Shown: one piece after another, positions 1 through 11,800 of the stretch
Position numbering within the stretch: position 1 is the stretch's first letter
Layout of the letters: every line of letters begins with the position of its first letter
Origin: the human T2T-CHM13v2.0 reference genome, Homo sapiens
Reading direction: 5' to 3' (one strand)
DNA: 64,000 nt
NCBI RefSeq assembly: GCF_009914755.1
Contig: NC_060928.1
Position numbers and translations under genes: made by a program
The notes under the pieces: model-generated
What the model saw: only the letters and a program-made list of their open reading frames with translations
Databases searched by the model: none
Told to the model about the DNA's origin: nothing

Positions 1-239
1 TTTGATACAGCATTTTGGAAACACTCCTTTTGTAGGATCTGCAGGTGGATATTTGGATAGATTTTAAGATTTCGTTGGAAACGGGAGTTTCTTCATAGAA
101 ACTCAAGACAGATGCATTCTCAGAAACATCTCTGTGATGTTTGCATTCCACTCATAGAGTTGAAAACTTCCTTTCATAGAGCAGGTTTGAAACACTCTTT
201 TTGTAATATTTGGAAGTGGACATTTGCAGCGCTTTGAGG

Positions 240-256
240 CCTATGGTGAAAAAGGA
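240..256 (+). other. pJalpha-type box of an A-type monomer (example; 8 A-type monomers per 19-mer: m1,4,6,9,11,13,16,18)
   Basis: CCTATGGTGAAAAAGGA at the position the CENP-B box occupies in B-type monomers. Confidence 0.8.
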
Positions 257-411
257 AATATCTTCTCATAAAAACCAGAAACAAGCATTCTCAGAAACTT
301 CTTTTTGATGTGTGTACTCAAGTAACAGAGTTGAACCTTCCTTTTGACACAGCAGTTTTGAAACAATCTTTTTGTAGAATCTGCAAGTGGATATTTGGAT
401 AGCTTTGAGGA

Positions 412-428
412 TTTCGTTGGAAACGGGA
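412..428 (+). other. CENP-B box (example). Each 19-mer has 8 intact boxes (m2,5,8,10,14,15,17,19) and 3 fixed degenerate ones (m3,7,12)
   Basis: TTTCGTTGGAAACGGGA matches the nTTCGnnnnAnnCGGGn core. m3 has AAAAGGGA, m7 AAAGGGGA and m12 AAACCGGA. Confidence 0.92.
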
Positions 429-823
429 TATCTTCATATAAAATCTAGACAGAAGCATTCTCAGAAACTTCTTTGTGCTGTATGTCCTCAATTAACAGAG
501 TTGAACCATTGCTTGGATACAGCATTTTGGAAACATTCCTTGAGTAGAATCTGCAAGTTGATATTTAGATAGATTTGAAGATTTCGTTGGAAAAGGGAAT
601 ATCTCCATATAAAATCTAGAGGGAAGCATTCTCAGAAACTGCTTTGTGATGTTTCCATTCAAGTCACAGAGTTGAATATTCCCTTTTATAGAGCACGTTT
701 GAAACACTCTTTCTGCACTATCTGGAAGTGGACATTTCGAGCGCTTTGAGGCCTATGGTGAAAAAGGAAATATCTTCCCATAAAAACTAGACAGAAGCAT
801 TCTCAGAAACTTGTTTGTGATGT

Positions 824-3374
824 GTGTATTCAACTAACAGAGTTGAACTTTTGTTTTTACAGAGCCGTTTTAAAACACTCTTTTTGTGGAATCAGAAAGT
901 GGATATTCGGATGGCTCTGAGGATTTCGTTGGAAGCGGGATTACATATAAAATCTAGAGAGAAGCATTCTCAGGAACTTCTTTGTGATGTTTGCATTGAA
1001 GTCACAGAATTGAACATTCACTTTGATAGAGCAGGTTTGAAACACTCATTCTGTAGTATCTGGAAGTGGACATTTCAAGCGCTTTCAGGCCTATGGTGAG
1101 AAAGGAAATATCTTCGAATAAAAACTAGACAGAAGCATCCTCAGAAACTTATTTGTGATGTGTGTCCTCAACTAACAGAGTTGAAACTTTGTTTTGATAC
1201 AGCATTTTGGAAACACTCTTTTTGTAGAATCTGCAGGTGGATATTTGGATAGCTTAGAGGGATTCGTTGGAAAGGGGATATCTTCATATAAAATCTAGAC
1301 AGAAGCATTCTCAGAAACTTATTTGTGATGTGTGTCCTCAACTAACAGAGTTGAACCTTGGTTTTGATACAGCATTTTGGAAACACTCCTTTTGTAGAAT
1401 CTGCAGGTGGATATGTGGATAGCTCTGAAGATTTCGTTGGAAACGGGAATTTCTTCATATAAAATCAAACAGAAGCATTCTCAGAAACTTCTCAGTGATG
1501 TTTGCATTCAGCTCATGGAGTTGAACACTTCCTTTCATAGAGCCGGTTTGAAACACTCTTTCTGCACTACCTGGAAGAGGCCATTTCGAGCGCTTTGAGT
1601 CCTATGGTGAAAAAGGAAATATCTTCTCATAAAAACCAGAAAGAAGCATTCTCAGAAACTTCTTTGTGTTGTGTGTACTCATGTAACAGTGTTGAACCTT
1701 CCTTTTGACACAGCAGTTTTGAAACACTCTTTTGGTAGAATCTGCAAGTGGATATTTGGATAGCTTTGAGGATTTCGTTGGAAACGGGTTATCTTCATAT
1801 AAAATCCAGACAGGAGCATTCTCAGAAACTTCTTTGTGCTGCATGTCCTCAATTCACAGAGCTGAACCTTTGTTTGGATACAGCATTTTGGAAACATTCC
1901 TTTAGTAGAATCTGCAAGTTGATATTTAGATAGCTTTGAAGATTTCGTTGGAAACGGGAATATCTTCATAGAAAATCTAGACGGAAGCATTCTCAGAAAC
2001 TGCTTTGTGATGTTTGCATTCAAGTCACAGAGTTGAATATTCCCTTTTATAGAGTAGGTTTGAAACACTCTTTCGGCACTACCTGGAAGTGGATATTTCG
2101 AGCTCTTTGAGGCCTATGGTTAAAAGGAAATATCTTCCCATAAAAACTAGACAGAAGCCGTCTCAGAAACTTGTTTGTGATGTGTGTATTCAACTAACAG
2201 AGTTGAACATTTCTGTTACAGAGCAATTTTAAAACACTCTTTTTGTGGAATCTGAAAGTGGATAATTGGATAGCTTTGTGGATTTCGTTGGAAACGGGAT
2301 GACGTATAAAATCTAGAGAGAAGCATTCTCAGGAACTTCTTTCTGATGTTTGCATTCAAGTCACAGAATTGAACATTCCTTTTCATAGTGCAGGTTTGAA
2401 ACACTCTTTCTGTAGTATCTGGAAGTGGACATTTCAAGCGCTTTCAGGCCTACGGGGAGAAAGGAAATATCTTCAAATAAAAACTAGACAGAAGGATTCT
2501 CAGAAACTTATTTGTGATGTGTGTCCTAAACGAACACAGTTGAACCTTTGTTTTGATACAGCATTTTGGAAACACTCCTTTTGTAGGATCTGCAGGTGGA
2601 TATTTGGATAGATTTTAAGATTTCGTTGGAAACGGGAGTTTCTTCATAGAAACTCAAGACAGATGCATTCTCAGAAACATCTCTGTGATGTTTGCATTCC
2701 ACTCATAGAGTTGAAAACTTCCTTTCACAGAGCAGGTTTGAAACACTCTTTTTGTAATATTTGGAAGTGTACATTTGCAGCGCTTTGAGGCCTATGGTGA
2801 AAAAGGAAATATCTTCTCATAAAAACCAGAAACAAGCATTCTCAGAAACTTCTTTTTGATGTGTGTACTCAAGTAACAGAGTTGAACCTTCCTTTTGACA
2901 CAGCAGTTTTGAAACAATCTTTTTGTAGAATCTGCAAGTGGATATTTGGATAGCTTTGAGGATTTCGTTGGAAACGGGATATCTTCATATAAAATCTAGA
3001 CAGAAGCATTCTCAGAAACTTCTTTGTGCTGTATGTCCTCAATTAACAGAGTTGAACCATTGCTTGGATACAGCATTTTGGAAACATTCCTTGAGTAGAA
3101 TCTGCAAGTTGATATTTAGATAGATTTGAAGATTTCGTTGGAAAAGGGAATATCTCCATATAAAATCTAGAGGGAAGCATTCTCAGAAACTGCTTTGTGA
3201 TGTTTCCATTCAAGTCACAGAGTTGAATATTCCCTTTTATAGAGCACGTTTGAAACACTCTTTCTGCACTATCTGGAAGTGGACATTTCGAGCGCTTTGA
3301 GGCCTATGGTGAAAAAGGAAATATCTTCCCATAAAAACTAGACAGAAGCATTCTCAGAAACTTGTTTGTGATGT
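824..3374 (+). repeat. 15-mer HOR variant (2551 bp; 681-bp, 4-monomer deletion; type I m10/m14 junction)
   Basis: Landmark spacing is 2551. The hybrid monomer has the m10 marker CTCATG (T1682) followed by the m14 marker AACCTTCC (T1699). Confidence 0.92.
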
Positions 3375-5586
3375 GTGTATTCAACTAACAGAGTTGAACT
3401 TTTGTTTTTACAGAGCCGTTTTAAAACACTCTTTTTGTGGAATCAGAAAGTGGATATTCGGATGGCTCTGAGGATTTCGTTGGAAGCGGGATTACATATA
3501 AAATCTAGAGAGAAGCATTCTCAGGAACTTCTTTGTGATGTTTGCATTGAAGTCACAGAATTGAACATTCACTTTGATAGAGCAGGTTTGAAACACTCAT
3601 TCTGTAGTATCTGGAAGTGGACATTTCAAGCGCTTTCAGGCCTATGGTGAGAAAGGAAATATCTTCGAATAAAAACTAGACAGAAGCATCCTCAGAAACT
3701 TATTTGTGATGTGTGTCCTCAACTAACAGAGTTGAAACTTTGTTTTGATACAGCATTTTGGAAACACTCTTTTTGTAGAATCTGCAGGTGGATATTTGGA
3801 TAGCTTAGAGGGATTCGTTGGAAAGGGGATATCTTCATATAAAATCTAGACAGAAGCATTCTCAGAAACTTATTTGTGATGTGTGTCCTCAACTAACAGA
3901 GTTGAACCTTGGTTTTGATACAGCATTTTGGAAACACTCCTTTTGTAGAATCTGCAGGTGGATATGTGGATAGCTCTGAAGATTTCGTTGGAAACGGGAA
4001 TTTCTTCATATAAAATCAAACAGAAGCATTCTCAGAAACTTCTCAGTGATGTTTGCATTCAGCTCATGGAGTTGAACACTTCCTTTCATAGAGCCGGTTT
4101 GAAACACTCTTTCTGCACTACCTGGAAGAGGCCATTTCGAGCGCTTTGAGTCCTATGGTGAAAAAGGAAATATCTTCTCATAAAAACCAGAAAGAAGCAT
4201 TCTCAGAAACTTCTTTGTGTTGTGTGTACTCATGTAACAGTGTTGAACCATCCTTTTGACAGAGCAGTTTTGAAACACTCTTTTTGTAGAATCTGCAAGT
4301 GGATATTTGGATAGCTTTGAGGATTTCGTTGGAAACGGGATGACATATAATATCTAGAGAGAAGCATTCTCAGGAACTTCTTTGTGATGTATGCATTCAA
4401 GTCGCAGAATTGAACATTCCCTTTCATAGAGCAGGTTTGAAACACTCTTTCTCTAGTATCTGGAAGTGGGCATTTCAAGCGCTTTCAGGCCTATGGAGAG
4501 AAAGGAAATACCTTCAAATAAAAACTAGACAGAAGCATTCTCAGAAACTTATTTGTGATGTGTGTCCTCAACTAACAGAGTTGAACCTTTGTTTTGATAC
4601 AGCATTTTGGAAACACTCCTTTTGTAGAATCTGCAGGTGGATATTTGGATAGCTTTGAAGATTTCGTTGGAAACCGGAATATCTTCATATAAAATCAAGA
4701 CAGAAGCATTCTCGGAAACATCTCTGTGATGTTTGCATTCAACTCAGTAGAGTTGAACACTTCCTCTCATAGAGCAGGTTTGAAACACTCTTTTTGTAAT
4801 ATTTGGAAGTGGACATTTGCAGCGCTTTGAGGCCTATGGTGAAAAAGGAAATATCTTCTCATAAAAACCAGAAACAAGCATTCTCAGAAACTTCTTTTTG
4901 ATGTGTGTACTCAAGTAACAGAGTTGAACCTTCCTTTTGACACAGCAGTTTTGAAACAATCTTTTTGTAGAATCTGCAAGTGGATATTTGGATAGCTTTG
5001 AGGATTTCGTTGGAAACGGGATATCTTCATATAAAATCTAGACAGAAGCATTCTCAGAAACTTCTTTGTGCTGTATGTCCTCAATTAACAGAGTTGAACC
5101 ATTGCTTGGATACAGCATTTTGGAAACATTCCTTGAGAAGAATCTGCAAGTTGATATTTAGATAGATTTGAAGATTTCGTTGGAAAAGGGATATCTTCAT
5201 ATAAAATCTAGAGGGAAGCATTCTCAGAAACTTCTTTGTGCTGTATGTCCTCAATTAACAGAGTTGAACCATTGCTTGGATACAGCATTTTGGAAACATT
5301 CCTTTAGTAGAATCTGCAAGTTGATATTTAGATAGATTTGAAGATTTCGTTGGAAAAGGCAATATCTCCATATAAAATCTAGAGGGAAGCATTCTCAGAA
5401 ACTGCTTTGTGATGTTTCCATTCAAGTCACAGAGTTGAATATTCCCTTTTATAGAGCACGTTTGAAACACTCTTTCTGCACTATCTGGAAGTGGACATTT
5501 CGAGCGCTTTGAGGCCTATGGTGAAAAAGGAAATATCTTCCCATAAAAACTAGACAGAAGCATTCTCAGAAACTTGTTTGTGATGT
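3375..5586 (+). repeat. 13-mer HOR variant (2212 bp = 7-monomer deletion plus 1-monomer duplication)
   Basis: Spacing 2212 = 3232-1190+170. There is an m13/m1 hybrid at ~4708-4878 and two tandem m3-like monomers at ~5049-5389. Confidence 0.88.
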
Positions 5587-8500
5587 GTGTATTCAACTAA
5601 CAGAGTTGAACTTTTGTTTTTACAGAGCCGTTTTAAAACACTCTTTTTGTGGAATCAGAAAGTGGATATTCGGATGGCTCTGAGGATTTCATTGGAAGCG
5701 GGATTACATATAAAATCTAGAGAGAAGCATTCTCAGGAACTTCTTTGTGATGTTTGCATTGAAGTCACAGAATTGAACATTCACTTTGATAGAGCAGGTT
5801 TGAAACACTCATTCTGTAGTATCTGGAAGTGGACATTTCAAGCGCTTTCAGGCCTATGGTGAGAAAGGAAATATCTTCGAATAAAAACTAGACAGAAGCA
5901 TCCTCAGAAACTTATTTGTGATGTGTGTCCTCAACTAACAGAGTTGAAACTTTGTTTTGATACAGCATTTTGGAAACACTCTTTTTGTAGAATCTGCAGG
6001 TGGATATTTGGATAGCTTAGAGGGATTCGTTGGAAAGGGGATATCTTCATATAAAATCTAGACAGAAGCATTCTCAGAAACTTATTTGTGATGTGTGTCC
6101 TCAACTAACAGAGTTGAACCTTGGTTTTGATACAGCATTTTGGAAACACTCCTTTTGTAGAATCTGCAGGTGGATATGTGGATAGCTCTGAAGATTTCGT
6201 TGGAAACGGGAATTTCTTCATATAAAATCAAACAGAAGCATTCTCAGAAACTTCTCAGTGATGTTTGCATTCAGCTCATGGAGTTGAACACTTCCTTTCA
6301 TAGAGCCGGTTTGAAACACTCTTTCTGCACTACCTGGAAGAGGACATTTCGAGCGCTTTGAGTCCTATGGTGAAAAAGGAAATATCTTCTCATAAAAACC
6401 AGAAAGAAGCATTCTCAGAAACTTCTTTGTGTTGTGTGTACTCATGTAACAGTGTTGAACCATCCTTTTGACAGAGCAGTTTTGAAACACTCTTTTTGTA
6501 GAATCTGCAAGTGGATATTTGGATAGCTTTGAGGATTTCGTTGGAAACGGGATGACATATAATATCTAGAGAGAAGCATTCTCAGGAACTTCTTTGTGAT
6601 GTTTGCATTCAAGTCACAGAATTGAACATTCCCTTTCATAGAGCAGGTTTGAAACACTCTTTCTCTAGTATCTGGAAGTGGGCATTTCAAGCGCTTTCAG
6701 GCCTATGGAGAGAAAGGAAATACCTTCAAATAAAAACTAGACAGAAGCATTCTCAGAAACTTATTTGTGATGTGTGTCCTCAACTAACAGAGTTGAACCT
6801 TTGTTTTGATACAGCATTTTGGAAACACTCCTTTTGTAGAATCTGCAGGTGGATATTTGGATAGCTTTGAAGATTTCGTTGGAAACCGGAATATCTTCAT
6901 ATAAAATCAAGACAGAAGCATTCTCGGAAACATCTCTGTGATGTTTGCATTCAACTCAGTAGAGTTGAACACTTCCTCTCATAGAGCAGGTTTGAAACAC
7001 TCTTTCTGCACTACCTGGAAGCGGACATTTCGAGCGCTTTGAGTCCTATGGTGAAAAAGGAAATATCTTCTCATAAAAACCAGAAAGAAGCATTCTCAGA
7101 AACTTCTTTGTGTTGTGTGTACTCAAGTAACAGTGTTGAACCTTCCTTTTGACACAGCAGTTTTGAAACACTCTTTTGGTAGAATCTGCAAGTGGATATT
7201 TGGATAGCTTTGAGGATTTCGTTGGAAACGGGTTATCTTCATATAAAATCCAGACAGGAGCATTCTCAGAAACTTCTTTGTGCTGCATGTCCTCAATTCA
7301 CAGAGCTGAACCTTTGTTTGGATACAGCATTTTGGAGACATTCCTTTAGTAGAATCTGCAAGTTGATATTTAGATAGCTTTGAAGATTTCGTTGGAAACG
7401 GGAATATCTTCATAGAAAATCTAGACGGAAGCATTCTCAGAAACTGCTTTGTGATGTTTGCATTCAAGTCACAGAGTTGAATATTCCCTTTTATAGAGTA
7501 GGTTTGAAACACTCTTTTGGCACTACCTGGAAGTGGATATTTCGAGCTCTTTGAGGCCTATGGTTAAAAGGAAATATCTTCCCATAAAAACTAGACAGAA
7601 GCCGTCTCAGAAACTTGTTTGTGATGTGTGTATTCAACTAACAGAGTTGAACATTTCTGTTACAGAGCAATTTTAAAACACTCTTTTTGTGGAATCTGAA
7701 AGTGGATAATTGGATAGCTTTGTGGATTTCGTTGGAAACGGGATGACGTATAAAATCTAGAGAGAAGCATTCTCAGGAACTTCTTTCTGATGTTTGCATT
7801 CAAGTCACAGAATTGAACATTCCTTTTCATAGTGCAGGTTTGAAACACTCTTTCTGTAGTATCTGGAAGTGGACATTTCAAGCGCTTTCAGGCCTACGGG
7901 GAGAAAGGAAATATCTTCAAATAAAAACTAGACAGAAGGATTCTCAGAAACTTATTTGTGATGTGTGTCCTAAACGAACACAGTTGAACCTTTGTTTTGA
8001 TACAGCATTTTGGAAACACTCCTTTTGTAGGATCTGCAGGTGGATATTTGGATAGATTTTAAGATTTCGTTGGAAACGGGAGTTTCTTCATAGAAACTCA
8101 AGACAGATGCATTCTCAGAAACATCTCTGTGATGTTTGCATTCCACTCATAGAGTTGAAAACTTCCTTTCATAGAGCAGGTTTGAAACACTCTTTTTGTA
8201 ATATTTGGAAGTGGACATTTGCAGCGCTTTGAGGCCTATGGTGAAAAAGGAAATATCTTCTCATAAAAACCAGAAACAAGCATTCTCGGAAACTTCTTTT
8301 TGATGTGTGTAGTCAAGTAACAGAGTTGAACCTTCCTTTTGACACAGCAGTTTTGAAACAATCTTTTTGTAGAATCTGCAAGTGGATATTTGGATAGCTT
8401 TGAGGATTTCGTTGGAAACGGGATATCTTCATATAAAATCTAGACAGAAGCATTCTCAGAAACTTCTTTGTGCTGTATGTCCTCAATTAACAGAGTTGAA

Positions 8501-8818
8501 CCATTGCTTGGATACAGCATTTTGGAAACATTCCTTTAGTAGAATCTGCAAGTTGATATTTAGATAGATTTGAAGATTTCGTTGGAAAAGGGAATATCTC
8601 CATATAAAATCTAGAGGGAAGCATTCTCAGAAACTGCTTTGTGATGTTTCCATTCAAGTCACAGAGTTGAATATTCCCTTTTATAGAGCACGTTTGAAAC
8701 ACTCTTTCTGCACTATCTGGAAGTGGACATTTCGAGCGCTTTGAGGCCTATGGTGAAAAAGGAAATATCTTCCCATAAAAACTAGACAGAAGCATTCTCA
8801 GAAACTTGTTTGTGATGT
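5587..8818 (+). repeat. Canonical 19-mer HOR (3232 bp)
   Basis: Landmark spacing 3232. Confidence 0.92.
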
Positions 8819-11800
8819 GTGTATTCAACTAACAGAGTTGAACTTTTGTTTTTACAGAGCCGTTTTAAAACACTCTTTTTGTGGAATCAGAAAGTGGATA
8901 TTCGGATGGCTCTGAGGATTTCGTTGGAAGCGGGATTACATATAAAATCTAGAGAGAAGCATTCTCAGGAACTTCTTTGTGATGTTTGCATTGAAGTCAC
9001 AGAATTGAACATTCACTTTGATAGAGCAGGTTTGAAACACTCATTCTGTAGTATCTGGAAGTGGACATTTCAAGCGCTTTCAGGCCTATGGTGAGAAAGG
9101 AAATATCTTCGAATAAAAACTAGACAGAAGCATCCTCAGAAACTTATTTGTGATGTGTGTCCTCAACTAACAGAGTTGAACCTTTGTTTTGATACAGCAT
9201 TTTGGAAACACTCTTTTTGTAGAATCTGCAGGTGGATATTTGGATAGCTTAGAGGGATTCGTTGGAAAGGGGATATCTTCATATAAAATCTAGACAGAAG
9301 CATTCTCAGAAACTTATTTGTGATGTGTGTCCTCAACTAACAGAGTTGAACCTTGGTTTTGATACAGCATTTTGGAAACACTCCTTTTGTAGAATCTGCA
9401 GGTGGATATGTGGATAGCTCTGAAGATTTCGTTGGAAACGGGAATTTCTTCATATAAAATCAAACAGAAGCATTCTCAGAAACTTCTCAGTGATGTTTGC
9501 ATTCAGCTCATGGAGTTGAACACTTCCTTTCATAGAGCCGGTTTGAAACACTCTTTCTGCACTACCTGGAAGAGGACATTTCGAGCGCTTTGAGTCCTAT
9601 GGTGAAAAAGGAAATATCTTCTCATAGAAACCAGAAAGAAGCATTCTCAGAAACTTCTTTGTGTTGTGTGTACTCATGTAACACTGTTGAACCATCCTTT
9701 TGACAGAGCAGTTTTGAAACACTCTTTTTGTAGAATCTGCAAGTGGATATTTGGATAGCTTTGAGGATTTCGTTGGAAACGGGATGACATATAATATCTA
9801 GAGAGAAGCATTCTCAGGAACTTCTTTGTGATGTTTGCATTCAAGTCACAGAATTGAACATTCCCTTTCATAGAGCAGGTTTGAAACACTCTTTCTCTAG
9901 TATCTGGAAGTGGGCATTTCAAGCGCTTTCAGGCCTATGGAGAGAAAGGAAATACCTTCAAATAAAAACTAGACAGAAGCATTCTCAGAAACTTATTTGT
10001 GATGTGTGTCCTCAACTAACAGAGTTGAACCTTTGTTTTGATACAGCATTTTGGAAACACTCCTTTTGTAGAATCTGCAGGTGGATATTTGGATAGCTTT
10101 GAAGATTTCGTTGGAAACCGGAATATCTTCATATAAAATCAAGACAGAAGCATTCTCGGAAACATCTCTGTGATGTTTGCATTCAACTCAGTAGAGTTGA
10201 ACACTTCCTTTCATAGAGCAGGTTTGAAACACTCTTTCTGCACTACCTGGAAGCGGACATTTCGAGCGCTTTGAGGCCTATGGTGAAAAAGGAAATATCT
10301 TCTCATAAAAAGCAGAAAGAAGCATTCTCAGAAACTTCTTTGTGTTGTGTGTACTCAAGTAACAGTGTTGAACCTTCCTTTTGACACAGCAGTTTTGAAA
10401 CACTCTTTTGGTAGAATCTGCAAGTGGATATTTGGATAGCTTTGAGGATTTCGTTGGAAACGGGTTATCTTCATATAAAATCCAGACAGGAGCATTCTCA
10501 GAAACTTCTTTGTGCTGTATGTCCTCAATTCACAGAGCTGAACCTTTGTTTGGATACAGCATTTTGGAGACATTCCTTTAGTAGAATCTGCAAGTTGATA
10601 TTTAGATAGCTTTGAAGATTTCGTTGGAAACGGGAATATCTTCATAGAAAATCTAGACGGAAGCATTCTCAGAAACTGCTTTGTGATGTTTGCATTCAAG
10701 TCACAGAGTTGAATATTCCCTTTTATAGAGTAGGTTTGAAACACTCTTTCGGCACTACCTGGAAGTGGATATTTCGAGCTCTTTGAGGCCTATGGTTAAA
10801 AGGAAATATCTTCCCATAAAAACTAGACAGAAGCCGTCTCAGAAACTTGTTTGTGATGTGTGTATTCAACTACCAGAGTTGAAAATTTCTGTTACAGAGC
10901 AATTTTAAAACACTCTTTTTGTGGAATCTGAAAGTGGATAATTGGATAGCTTTGTCGATTTCGTTGGAAACGGGATGACGTATAAAATCTAGAGAGAAGC
11001 ATTCTCAGGAACTTCTTTCTGATGTTTGCATTCAAGTCACAGAATTGAACATTCCTTTTCATAGTGCAGGTTTGAAACACTCTTTCTGTAGTATCTGGAA
11101 GTGGACATTTCAATCGCTTTCAGGCCTACGGGGAGAAAGGAAATATCTTCAAATAAAAACTAGACAGAAGGATTCTCAGAAACTTATTTGTGATGTGTGT
11201 CCTAAACGAACACAGTTGAACCTTTGTTTTGATACAGCATTTTGGAAACACTCCTTTTGTAGGATCTGCAGGTGGATATTTGGATAGATTTTAAGATTTC
11301 GTTGGAAACGGGAGTTTCTTCATATAAACTCAAGACAGATGCATTCTCAGAAACTTCTCTGTGATGTTTGCATTCCACTCATAGAGTTGAAAACTTCCTT
11401 TCATAGAGCAGGTTTGAAACACTCTTTTTGTAATATTTGGAAGTGTACATTTGCAGCGCTTTGAGGCCTATGGTGAAAAAGGAAATATCTTCTCATAAAA
11501 ACCAGAAACAAGCATTCTCAGAAACTTCTTTTTGATGTGTGTCCTAAACGAACACAGTTGAACCTTTGTTTTGATACAGCATTTTGGAAACACTCCTTTT
11601 GTAAGATCGGCAGGTGGATATTTGGATAGATTTTAAGATTTCGTTGGAAACGGGAATTTCTTCATAGAAACTCAAGACAGATGCATTCTCCGAAACTTCT
11701 CTGTGATGTTTACATTCCACTCATAGAGTTGAAAACTTCCTTTCATAGAGCAGGTTTGAAACACTCTTTTTGTAATATTTGGAAGTGGACATTTGCAGCG

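Noticed and set aside
730-780. Short dyads and TATA-like motifs (TTCGAGCGCTTTGA, CATATAAAA) as hairpins or promoters
   Set aside because: These are standard alpha-satellite consensus features repeated in every unit, and the sequence alone gives no evidence of specific function.
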